A DNA stretch of 64,000 nucleotides from Acidobacteriaceae bacterium (GTDB taxonomy: Bacteria; Acidobacteriota; Terriglobia; Terriglobales; Acidobacteriaceae): positions 11,489 through 75,488 of the forward strand of contig PMWW01000146.1 of the NCBI GenBank assembly GCA_003165795.1, written 5' to 3'. The notes beneath the pieces are model-generated. The model searched no databases. It had not been told where the DNA came from and worked only from the letters and a program-made list of their open reading frames with translations. A program made the position numbers and the translations under genes. Positions 54,215-62,151 of the stretch are shown here, piece after piece (the stretch's first letter is position 1; every line of letters begins with the position of its first letter).

Positions 54215-55405
54215 TCACTTCGGCGCCGGCGCCTCCGCTGGTTTCACGAATTTCGCGTCGTCAATCGGCACGTTCTGCTCTACCTGATCGATTTGGATAG
54301 TGAAGCTGCCGCTCGGCCGGGCAATCGTCCAGCGATACGGCGTCGTCACTCCGCCGGCGGCGCGATAGTCGGCAAAATCCAACTGGGTCGGATTCAGTCC
54401 CAGCGGCGTGTCCGCATAGTGCACTATGCGTAACAGCAAGCCTGAGGTCTGGTCGAAGTAGAACTTCACCGGCGGCTGGCCCCTGGTTAGGCCAATCACA
54501 ACACTCGCCTCATGCTGGCCAACCTTCTCGGGGTGCTCCTGCAACTTCAGTTCAGCAAACTCATGTTCCAACTGCGTGGGATAAAACGCTTCGGCGTCGA
54601 GCTTCGCGGCCTCCTGATCGGGAGCCGACATCTCCCGCAGCGGACGCCCGGGAAATGCAATCCAGCCCGCTTGACCGTTATAAGCAGTGACGCTGTCTCC
54701 TTTCGGCGTATGCATTACGGACACGCGCTCGTCGGGAGCCTTGGTGTAGATATCGATGGGAATCGGTTGTCCCTCAGGCATCAGAGCGTTGCCCTTTTCC
54801 ACGCGACTGGAAACCTTGTCGAGAGCGGCCTGCCCTCCAAGGGCTTGAATGTACTTTGTGAAGAGCGGCGCGCCGGAAGGAAGCTTGGCGGGATCCATAT
54901 CGTGTTCGTGGTCGTGCATGGCTTCCATCGCCGGCGGCTTGGCAGCTTCCGCCATGATCGCAGGAATAGCCTGCGGATGCGGCGATCCCCGGTGACAGGT
55001 ATTGCAGGTGACCCCGCGTTTGCCGTCGAAGTTGTTCTGGTTGATGGCGAACATCATCTGCATCATCTCGCGGGCTGTCTTCTTCTCATCCTTGTCGTCC
55101 TTGTCGAACTCGAGCTTGCCCGCCGGGCTGGCGACGTGGCAAAACTCGCATTCCACTCCCAGCGCCGCGGTGATGAACTGCATCGACGGGATCAATTGAT
55201 CCGCCGGTATGTCCTTCAACACCTGAATGTTCTTGTACTTCTGCGCTGCGGTCTGGACTGCCGTCCCGACGTTTGCCGGCTGCAACTGCGCCGGTCGTGC
55301 GTGGGCGCCGATCATTGCTCCAGCAACAATAAATGCGAGAACGCCAACCACCACCGACGCGAGATTCTTCCCCGGACGGCCCGGTCCTTTGACTTGTTTT
55401 TCCAC
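54215..55405 (-). CDS. Membrane-anchored di-heme c-type cytochrome (photosynthetic-reaction-centre cytochrome-c-like domain) with a beta-rich C-terminal domain
   Basis: 396 aa. N-terminal TM, YKNIQVLKDIP...MQFITAALGVECEFCH and ...GVTCNTCHRG (two CxxCH) as in the CytoC_RC family. About 230 aa of unknown C-terminal domain. Confidence 0.65.
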   Translation of the reverse strand: MEKQVKGPGRPGKNLASVVVGVLAFIVAGAMIGAHARPAQLQPANVGTAVQTAAQKYKNIQVLKDIPADQLIPSMQFITAALGVECEFCHVASPAGKLEFDKDDKDEKKTAREMMQMMFAINQNNFDGKRGVTCNTCHRGSPHPQAIPAIMAEAAKPPAMEAMHDHEHDMDPAKLPSGAPLFTKYIQALGGQAALDKVSSRVEKGNALMPEGQPIPIDIYTKAPDERVSVMHTPKGDSVTAYNGQAGWIAFPGRPLREMSAPDQEAAKLDAEAFYPTQLEHEFAELKLQEHPEKVGQHEASVVIGLTRGQPPVKFYFDQTSGLLLRIVHYADTPLGLNPTQLDFADYRAAGGVTTPYRWTIARPSGSFTIQIDQVEQNVPIDDAKFVKPAEAPAPK

Positions 55406-55453
55406 GTGTCCTCATCCCTCGATAAACCGAGTATTGGAAGTCTAACAAACGGC

Positions 55454-55504
55454 GACCGCCGGGCGGTCACTCGATCCTCCGACGGCCCTCACAGGTGCCT
55501 GTGA
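55454..55504. promoter_or_regulatory. Two palindromes in the divergent cytochrome/accC intergenic region: GACCGCC-G-GGCGGTC and TCACAGG-TG-CCTGTGA
   Basis: 7-1-7 palindrome at 55454-55468 and 7-2-7 palindrome at 55489-55504, both read directly from the sequence. Confidence 0.4.
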
Positions 55505-55658
55505 CGTTTCCCCTCCCGCGCGGTGACCCATGCAGTACAATCCAATCTTCTGTGGATGCGTGCGTTAGCCGCCCGCCTTCCGCCCTCTGCTTCCGCAGAA
55601 CATCTCTCGAGTTGCGCTCTGCCACGCAAGCCAGGCAAACGCCTCCGAGGCACAAGTC

Positions 55659-57188
55659 ATGTTCAAACGAGTGCTGGTCGCCAATCGTGGCGAAATTGCC
55701 GTGCGCATCATCCGGGCCTGTCGCGAGATGGGCATCGAGTCGGTGGCCGTCTTCTCCGACGTGGACCGCAAGGCGCTGCACGTCCGCAAAGCCGACTATG
55801 CCTATCACATCGGCCCGGCCACGGCGAGTGAGTCCTATCTTAACGTCGACAAGATTCTCGACGTGGCGCGGCGCAGCCAGGCCGAGGCGATTCATCCCGG
55901 CTACGGATTTCTCTCGGAGAATGCGCGCTTCGCGCGGGCCTGTGCCGATGCGGGAGTGAAGTTCATCGGGCCATCTCCCGAGTCGATGGAGATGATGGGC
56001 TCCAAGACACGGGCCCGCCAGAACATGAAGCGCGCCGGCGTGCCCTTTGTTCCCGGTTCCGAGCACGGCCTGGACATTGACGCCGCCGAGCGACTGGCGG
56101 AGCAGATCGGCTATCCCGTGATGCTGAAGGCCGCGGCCGGCGGCGGCGGTAAGGGCATGCGCATGGTGGCGTCGCCCGCGGATTTGCATTCCGCCTATGA
56201 GAATGCCCGCAGCGAGGCCCAACGCTCCTTCGGTGACAATGAGGTTTATCTGGAGAAGTTCATCGTCAACCCGCGCCACGTCGAGATGCAGATCTTCGGT
56301 GACCAGCACGGCAACGTAGTCTATCTCGGCGAGCGCGAGTGTTCCGTGCAGCGACGCCACCAGAAGGTGATGGAAGAATCGCCCTCGCCGATCGTCGACG
56401 AAGACATGCGCCGCCGCATGGGCGAGATCGCGGTCAGGGTTGCGAAGGCGGCTAATTATTACAATGCCGGTACGATTGAGTTTCTGGTCGACGAGCAACG
56501 CAACTTTTACTTCCTCGAAATGAACACCCGCCTTCAGGTGGAGCATCCCGTCACCGAGTTCGTGACCGGGCTCGATCTGGTGCACCTGCAAATGCACGTT
56601 GCCTCAGGCGAGAAGCTGCCGTTCAAGCAAGAAGACATCAAGTTGCGCGGCCACGCCATCGAGTGCCGTATCTACGCCGAAGATCCGGACAACAATTACT
56701 TTCCGTCGCCGGGGCAGATCACGCGCCTGATTTCGCCTTCGGGACCGGGCATCCGCCGCGACAGCGGCATGTATGAAGGCTGGACCGTGCCCATCGAGTA
56801 CGATCCCTTGCTGGCCAAGCTGGTCGGCTATGGTGAGGACCGCGAACAAGCCATTAATCGCCTGCTGCGGGCGCTGTACGAGTATTTCGTCGGCGGCATC
56901 AAGACCAACACCTCGCTGTTTCGCCGAATCCTGAAGGACCCGGATTTTCGCGCGGGCAATCTTGACACCGGCTTTCTTGATCGTCTGCTGGCCAAGCCGA
57001 GCAACGAAACCGACGTGCGCCGTCCCATCATGGCTGCTGTCGGTGCGGCCATCTTCGCCACGATGGAAGCCAAGGCGACATTGCCGGGCGTGACCGGCGC
57101 GCTACCGATGAATGGCAATTCGGCTTCGCCGCCGCCGATTTCGAACTGGCGGCGCACCGCCCGTGCCGAGGCGCTGCGCCAGCGTTAA
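55659..57188 (+). CDS. accC: Biotin carboxylase (acetyl/acyl-CoA carboxylase subunit)
   Basis: 509 aa. MFKRVLVANRGEIAVRIIRACREMGI..., ATP-grasp, ...EMNTRLQVEHPVTE... Confidence 0.9.
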   Translation: MFKRVLVANRGEIAVRIIRACREMGIESVAVFSDVDRKALHVRKADYAYHIGPATASESYLNVDKILDVARRSQAEAIHPGYGFLSENARFARACADAGVKFIGPSPESMEMMGSKTRARQNMKRAGVPFVPGSEHGLDIDAAERLAEQIGYPVMLKAAAGGGGKGMRMVASPADLHSAYENARSEAQRSFGDNEVYLEKFIVNPRHVEMQIFGDQHGNVVYLGERECSVQRRHQKVMEESPSPIVDEDMRRRMGEIAVRVAKAANYYNAGTIEFLVDEQRNFYFLEMNTRLQVEHPVTEFVTGLDLVHLQMHVASGEKLPFKQEDIKLRGHAIECRIYAEDPDNNYFPSPGQITRLISPSGPGIRRDSGMYEGWTVPIEYDPLLAKLVGYGEDREQAINRLLRALYEYFVGGIKTNTSLFRRILKDPDFRAGNLDTGFLDRLLAKPSNETDVRRPIMAAVGAAIFATMEAKATLPGVTGALPMNGNSASPPPISNWRRTARAEALRQR

Positions 57189-57284
57189 GTTTGTTCGGAA
57201 GCGTTTGACTGCTAAGAGCTGAAAGCCAAGGGCAAAACGCGAAGAGTTGAGAGCGAAAGGCGACAAGCGAATAGCGAGACTTTC

Positions 57285-57785
57285 ATGACCTATGACGTTG
57301 TAGTGGACGGCAAGACCCATCAAGTTGAACTGGCGCGCGGCGATAAGACCTGGCTGTGCAAGATCGATGGCCAGGAGATGGAAGTCGACGCCGTGCTGAC
57401 GGCGCGTGATGTGCTTTCGGTCTTAGTCGAAGGGAAGGCCTACGAGATCAAGCGCGAACGCTCGCTGCAAGGCGAGCTGCACATGGTCATCGGGAGCGCC
57501 CGCTACGCGGTGGAAGTGCAAGATCCGCGGTCGCTACGCACGCGCCGCGCGGTCGCAGGGTCCGAAGCCGGTCCGCAAAAGGTAAAAGCCCCCATGCCGG
57601 GCAAGATCGTTCGCATCCTGGTCAATGAACAAGACGAAGTCAAAGCCGGGCAGAGCCTCATCGTGATGGAAGCGATGAAGATGCAGAACGAGATGAAATC
57701 GCCCAAGGACGGCAGGGTGCAGAAGATCCTCACCGCGGAAGGCTCAACCGTCAACGCCGGCGACACCCTGGCCATCGTGGAATAG
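57285..57785 (+). CDS. Biotin carboxyl carrier (biotinyl/lipoyl domain) protein
   Basis: 166 aa. C-terminal KAPMPGKIVRILV...LIVMEAMKMQNEMKSP (AMKM biotinylation motif). Confidence 0.8.
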   Translation: MTYDVVVDGKTHQVELARGDKTWLCKIDGQEMEVDAVLTARDVLSVLVEGKAYEIKRERSLQGELHMVIGSARYAVEVQDPRSLRTRRAVAGSEAGPQKVKAPMPGKIVRILVNEQDEVKAGQSLIVMEAMKMQNEMKSPKDGRVQKILTAEGSTVNAGDTLAIVE

Positions 57786-57844
57786 CCGTTCGTTATCCGC
57801 CGCCAGCCGTCAGCAACCCTCTTCCTTCCACCTATAATGTCTCG

Positions 57845-59014
57845 ATGGCAAAGCACTGGAAGACCAAGCTGATTCACTCGGACGTAAAGGTTCCGCAAGG
57901 ATTTCGGTCTTTGACCGTACCGATTTATCGCGGCTCGACCACGCTTTTTCCCGACGCCGCCGCGGTCACGGACGATTGGGACCAGTACGAAGCCGGTTAC
58001 ACCTACGGGCTCTACGGCACACCCACGACGCTTGAGTTGGCCAGCCGCATCTGCGAGTTGGAGCAGGGCTATCGCACCATCATCACACCGGGTGGGCAAG
58101 GAGCAATTTCCCTGATCAAACTTGCGCTTCTCCGGGCCGGCGATCACGTGTTGGTTCCCGAGAGCATCTACGGTCCCAATAGAAAGTTTGCCAACGATGT
58201 GCTACGCCGCTTTGGCGTGGAGACCTCGTTCTACTCGCCAGACATCGGAAATGGAATCGCCGAAGTGATCCAGGCGAATACCCGTCTGATCTGGTGCGAG
58301 AGTCCAGGGTCAATCACCATGGAAGTGCAAGATGTTCCCGCCATCGCCCAGGCGGCGCACAGGGCTGGGGTGTTGCTGGTCATCGATAACACGTGGTCAG
58401 CCGGTGTGTACTTCGACGCCTTCGCTCACGGCGCTGACGTAACTATGCAGGCGCTGACCAAGTATGTCGGCGGGCACAGCGACCTGCTGTTGGGGTCGGC
58501 CACGACCAAGGACAAGGCCATTTATGAGCGCTTGGGAGCTACTCATCAATTGCTAGGCTGCGCTGCCTCGCCCGATGACTGTAGTTTGGCGCTGCGCGGG
58601 ATGAAAACCCTGGCGGTGCGACTGGAGAAAATCGAGGCGTCGGCGTTGTCGATTGCCCGCTGGTTGGCGGAACGGGCTGAGGTGGAAAATGTCCTTCATC
58701 CCGCATTGCCGTCTTGCCCGGGACACGAGTTGTGGAAGCGCGACTTCACCGGCTCGGCTGGAGTGTTCTCGATAGTTCTGAAGCCAAAGTTTAGTAAGCA
58801 GCAGGTCTATGCTTTCGTGAACTCCCTTGAGCTGTTCAAGATTGGCCATAGTTGGGGAGGCGTGACTAGTCTTGCCGTAGCTTACGACTTCACCCACTAC
58901 AAAGGGCGGCCGGAATACCAGCATCGCATTGTCCGGTTAAACATTGGCCTGGAAGAAGGGGACGATCTGATCAGCGATCTTGCACAAGCTTTCGATCTTA
59001 TGAAGAATGCGTGA
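57845..59014 (+). CDS. metC: Cystathionine beta-lyase (Cys/Met-metabolism PLP enzyme)
   Basis: 389 aa. TKLIHSD...PIYRGSTTLF..., TKYVGGHSDLLLG (PLP-Lys context). Confidence 0.75.
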   Translation: MAKHWKTKLIHSDVKVPQGFRSLTVPIYRGSTTLFPDAAAVTDDWDQYEAGYTYGLYGTPTTLELASRICELEQGYRTIITPGGQGAISLIKLALLRAGDHVLVPESIYGPNRKFANDVLRRFGVETSFYSPDIGNGIAEVIQANTRLIWCESPGSITMEVQDVPAIAQAAHRAGVLLVIDNTWSAGVYFDAFAHGADVTMQALTKYVGGHSDLLLGSATTKDKAIYERLGATHQLLGCAASPDDCSLALRGMKTLAVRLEKIEASALSIARWLAERAEVENVLHPALPSCPGHELWKRDFTGSAGVFSIVLKPKFSKQQVYAFVNSLELFKIGHSWGGVTSLAVAYDFTHYKGRPEYQHRIVRLNIGLEEGDDLISDLAQAFDLMKNA

Positions 59015-59066
59015 GGATACGGGCTACAACAGGCCCCCTGCAACCGCGTTTGCCGACAAAGGCAGA

Positions 59067-60218
59067 CTACTTCATGGTGCCGGCCTGCTTCAGTATGTCT
59101 TCGGCGAAATAGTTCTCCACCGTGGCCTTGTCGCGGATGGACTCATAGTAGGCAGCCTTCAACAGCTGTTCGCGGCGGTCGCGGAGCTGTTCGCGTATGG
59201 CCTGCTGCACGCGAGGGTCTTTGAGTTCGCGTTGCCCCGAAACTTCCCTGCTGATCAGCTTTACGATGCGGAAACCGAAAAGCTGACGGCTATTGGGATC
59301 GAACACTGGCAGCACTACCGTGTACTGCCCGGGCTTGAGCTTTCCGATGGCTTCATAGGCGGCTTTGTCGCCCTTCAGTGACGATTCCGGGACAAATCCG
59401 AGGTCGCCACCGTTTTGCGCGGTCTCCGGCTGCTCCGAATAACTCATGGCGACGGTAGCAAAGTCTTCTCCACTATCGAGCCGGTTATCGATCATCTGGA
59501 TTTTCTTGCGGGCATCGGCCTCGTTTTGCGCCTTCATGTTTTTCACTTGGGGATTGGGCTGCGTGGTCACGAGGATTTGGGCAAGATGGTATTGCGGTTC
59601 GATCAGGTTGAACTCGGCTTTGTGCTGGTTGTAGTAGTTGGTGATGTCGTCATCGGAAATATTGATTTTGGAGGTGACTTCCTTGTTCAGCACCTTGTCG
59701 ATGGTGAGGGAGCGGCGCAAGTCGCGCTTAAAATCGTCGAGCGTCAACTGGCGGCCCTTTAGCCGGTTGTCGAATTCTTCCTGAGTATAGGGCGCTTTGA
59801 TCTCCGCCAGTTTGGTGTTGACCTCCTCGTCGGTGGCCAGCAGCCCCAGCTTTTCCGCCCGCTGCATCAGGATCTCATTATCGACAAGCTCGCGGAGGAT
59901 GTTCAGCCGTAGCGTATCAGCCTGCTCCAGGCTGGGTTTCTGCGGTGAATCGGCGGTCGTATTGTCGTAATATTTTTGGACTTCTGTCCGGGTGATCTTG
60001 CGGCCATTGACGCTGGCCATCACGTCGGCACCGTCCTGTTTGCCCGCACAGCCAAGGCTGGGGAGCAATAGACCGACGGCCATCGCCATGAGGGTCGTGG
60101 CGGCCAGACCATATATTCGCTTGCGTTTCAATTCCAAACTCCGCCCCTCCTGAGAGGCAAACTGTGTCGGCTGGTCGAACCAAGCTCGCCGATTACGCTG
60201 CGGACGGTCCTGTTCCAA
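59067..60218 (-). CDS. SurA-like periplasmic chaperone/peptidyl-prolyl isomerase (lipoprotein)
   Basis: Lipobox LLPSLGCAG. SurA_N-like region (VNGRKITRTEVQ...) and parvulin-like NGGDLGFVPES. The start codon is uncertain. Confidence 0.7.
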   Translation of the reverse strand: MEQDRPQRNRRAWFDQPTQFASQEGRSLELKRKRIYGLAATTLMAMAVGLLLPSLGCAGKQDGADVMASVNGRKITRTEVQKYYDNTTADSPQKPSLEQADTLRLNILRELVDNEILMQRAEKLGLLATDEEVNTKLAEIKAPYTQEEFDNRLKGRQLTLDDFKRDLRRSLTIDKVLNKEVTSKINISDDDITNYYNQHKAEFNLIEPQYHLAQILVTTQPNPQVKNMKAQNEADARKKIQMIDNRLDSGEDFATVAMSYSEQPETAQNGGDLGFVPESSLKGDKAAYEAIGKLKPGQYTVVLPVFDPNSRQLFGFRIVKLISREVSGQRELKDPRVQQAIREQLRDRREQLLKAAYYESIRDKATVENYFAEDILKQAGTMK

Positions 60219-61187
60219 CTACTTGCTGGGCGTTACCGGGTTTGGCGGCGTGATCGGCGGCGGCGGCTGGACACCCACAGCCAAAAGCTGCCGGTTCAGC
60301 GCAACCCTCACCGCGTCAGCGTCCACCGCTCCTTCCAGGCGTTCCCCGTTAATAAACACGGTCGGCGTAGCACTGACGTTCAGCGTGTCACCCTCGGCCA
60401 TGGATGCCTTGACGACGGCATCGGACTGCGCCTTGATGCACGCCTGCAACTGGGTCAAGTCGGCCCCATTTTTTTTCCCGAAGTCCATGGTAAGCCGGTC
60501 TAACTCGGTGAACGACGCTTGCACGTTTTGTTGCGGTCCGCTGATCGCACGCTGATTAGCGTGCAGGTAGTCCGCCAGTCCCCAGTACCCCGGGCTGCTT
60601 TCCTTGGCCAGACAGTTAGCGTCGTTGGCAGCATGCTGCGCCCACGGGTGTATCGAAATCAGCGGATAATCCTTGTAGATAATTCTTATCTTGTCTTGGT
60701 ATTGCGGCAGGATCTCGCTCATCAGGGTGGTGTGCATGCGAGCGCAGAATGGGCATTCGAAGTCGTCATAGTTGACGATCGTGACTTTGGCTTCGGGATT
60801 ACCGCGTACGGGCCGGTCCGCCAGCTTGATCTTGTTCATGGTTTCGGCGTACACGTCCTTGGTTAAATCCAGCTTCATCATCCGGACCAGCGTTTTGCCA
60901 TCCGCGGAAATCAGGAAGTCCAGCGTTTGAGTCTTGTCCTTCAGGCTCATGGTGACTGGCAAGGTCTGGTAGTTGGGAAACTCGCTGGCAGCCGGCTTGC
61001 CCAGCGTTATGGTCACGTCGGGGGGCATATTGAAGTAGGCCCGAACCTGCCGCTGAACCCGCACCGCCACCTCGGGAGAGATAGGAGGTACGCTAGATTG
61101 CGCCACGGCCACGGCGCACAAGAATAGACACAAGACAGCCGATCGTCTCAAGAGCAAAGTCAAGAACCACCTTTTAGGGAAAACCAT
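60219..61187 (-). CDS. DsbA-family thiol:disulfide oxidoreductase with N-terminal extension
   Basis: 322 aa. Signal peptide, VTIVNYDDFECPFCARMH (CxxC), thioredoxin fold. Confidence 0.75.
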   Translation of the reverse strand: MVFPKRWFLTLLLRRSAVLCLFLCAVAVAQSSVPPISPEVAVRVQRQVRAYFNMPPDVTITLGKPAASEFPNYQTLPVTMSLKDKTQTLDFLISADGKTLVRMMKLDLTKDVYAETMNKIKLADRPVRGNPEAKVTIVNYDDFECPFCARMHTTLMSEILPQYQDKIRIIYKDYPLISIHPWAQHAANDANCLAKESSPGYWGLADYLHANQRAISGPQQNVQASFTELDRLTMDFGKKNGADLTQLQACIKAQSDAVVKASMAEGDTLNVSATPTVFINGERLEGAVDADAVRVALNRQLLAVGVQPPPPITPPNPVTPSK

Positions 61188-61230
61188 TGACCTCTGATTA
61201 TCTCATGAGGGTTGGTTTTTCTGCCCGCGT

Positions 61231-62109
61231 TCAGCGGGTCGAACCTGGGCCCTTAAGCAAAGAGTCAATCGGCAGTATGGCGTTCATCGAACCCGAGCGA
61301 AACCCTTCGAGATCGAGGGTGACATATAAGAACCCCAGCGCCTTAAAGGTCCGCGTGAACTCGGCGGCCATTTCCACGGTCAGGGCGTGAGCCAGTTCTT
61401 CGCGAGCAATCTCAAGGCGGACAATCTGCCCATGGTGACGCACCCGGAACTGCCGAAATCCAAGTCGGCGGATTGCCTCTTCTCCCAGTTCCACCGCGGA
61501 AAGCGCTTCGCGCGTCACCGGGCGACCGTACTCAATCCGCGAGGAGAGGCAAGCCGAAGCCGGCTTGTTCCAAATACGCAAGCCTGCTTCCCGGGCCAGT
61601 TCACGGATGTCATGCTTGGTCAAGCCCACATCGAGCAAAGGCGCTGCCACCTGGTGTTGCCGGGCAGCCTGCTGGCCGGGACGGTAATCGCCCTGGTCGT
61701 CGAGGTTGACCCCATAGGCAATAGCATCAAACCCGACTTTCCGGCGATGCTGCTCCATCACGGTGAAAAGTTCGTCCTTGCAATGGAAGCAGCGCGCACC
61801 ATCGTTGCGGAGGTACTCAGGACGCGCCATCTCGTCGGTGTCGATGATCGTCAGGGGCATACCCTGTTCTTCGGCGAAGGCAGTTGCGTCGCGCATCTGC
61901 GAGCGTGCCAGGCTGGGGGAATCGGCCAGCACTGCCATCATGCCATTGCCTAACTCACGATGTGCGACCCAGGCAAGGAAGCCCGAATCCACACCACCGG
62001 AATAGGCAACCAGCAAGCGTCCCAGCGAACCCAGGCGGTGGCACAGAGAACGCATCTTGCCCTGGATATCTTCCCCTTCGGCAGGCAGGTTAGAACGGAG
62101 AGCCGACAT
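61231..62109 (-). CDS. larE: LarE-like PP-loop ATP pyrophosphatase (TIGR00268-type sulfur transferase)
   Basis: 292 aa. VAYSGGVDSGFLAW PP-loop, ...RCFHCKDELF..., C-terminal ...VRHHGQIVRLEI... Confidence 0.65.
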   Translation of the reverse strand: MSALRSNLPAEGEDIQGKMRSLCHRLGSLGRLLVAYSGGVDSGFLAWVAHRELGNGMMAVLADSPSLARSQMRDATAFAEEQGMPLTIIDTDEMARPEYLRNDGARCFHCKDELFTVMEQHRRKVGFDAIAYGVNLDDQGDYRPGQQAARQHQVAAPLLDVGLTKHDIRELAREAGLRIWNKPASACLSSRIEYGRPVTREALSAVELGEEAIRRLGFRQFRVRHHGQIVRLEIAREELAHALTVEMAAEFTRTFKALGFLYVTLDLEGFRSGSMNAILPIDSLLKGPGSTR

Positions 62110-62151
62110 GGTTCAATTGTAAGACACAACGTCGGATGCAGGGGGTTGTTC

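Noticed and set aside
55467-56597. 376-aa minus-strand ORF opposite accC. Similar long antisense ORFs occur at 569-1708(+), 4832-5797(+), 11357-12418(+), 14596-15891(+), 16003-17037(+), 21618-22565(+), 23726-24634(+), 28582-29739(+), 33504-34298(-), 36480-37256(-), 42381-43247(-), 54512-55504(+) and 57503-58147(-).
   Set aside because: These are shadow ORFs typical of high-GC DNA. They are Arg/Gly/His/Ala-rich with no motifs, and each lies opposite an ORF with unmistakable family signatures.
57189-57284. Purine-rich spacer (GCTGAAAGCCAAGGGCAAAACGCGAAGAGTTGAGAGCGAAAGGCGACAAGCGAATAGCGAG) between accC and the BCCP gene, and the 73-aa minus ORF over it.
   Set aside because: This is a low-complexity A/G-rich intergenic sequence with no repeat partner in the window. 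The ORF is a by-product of the composition.
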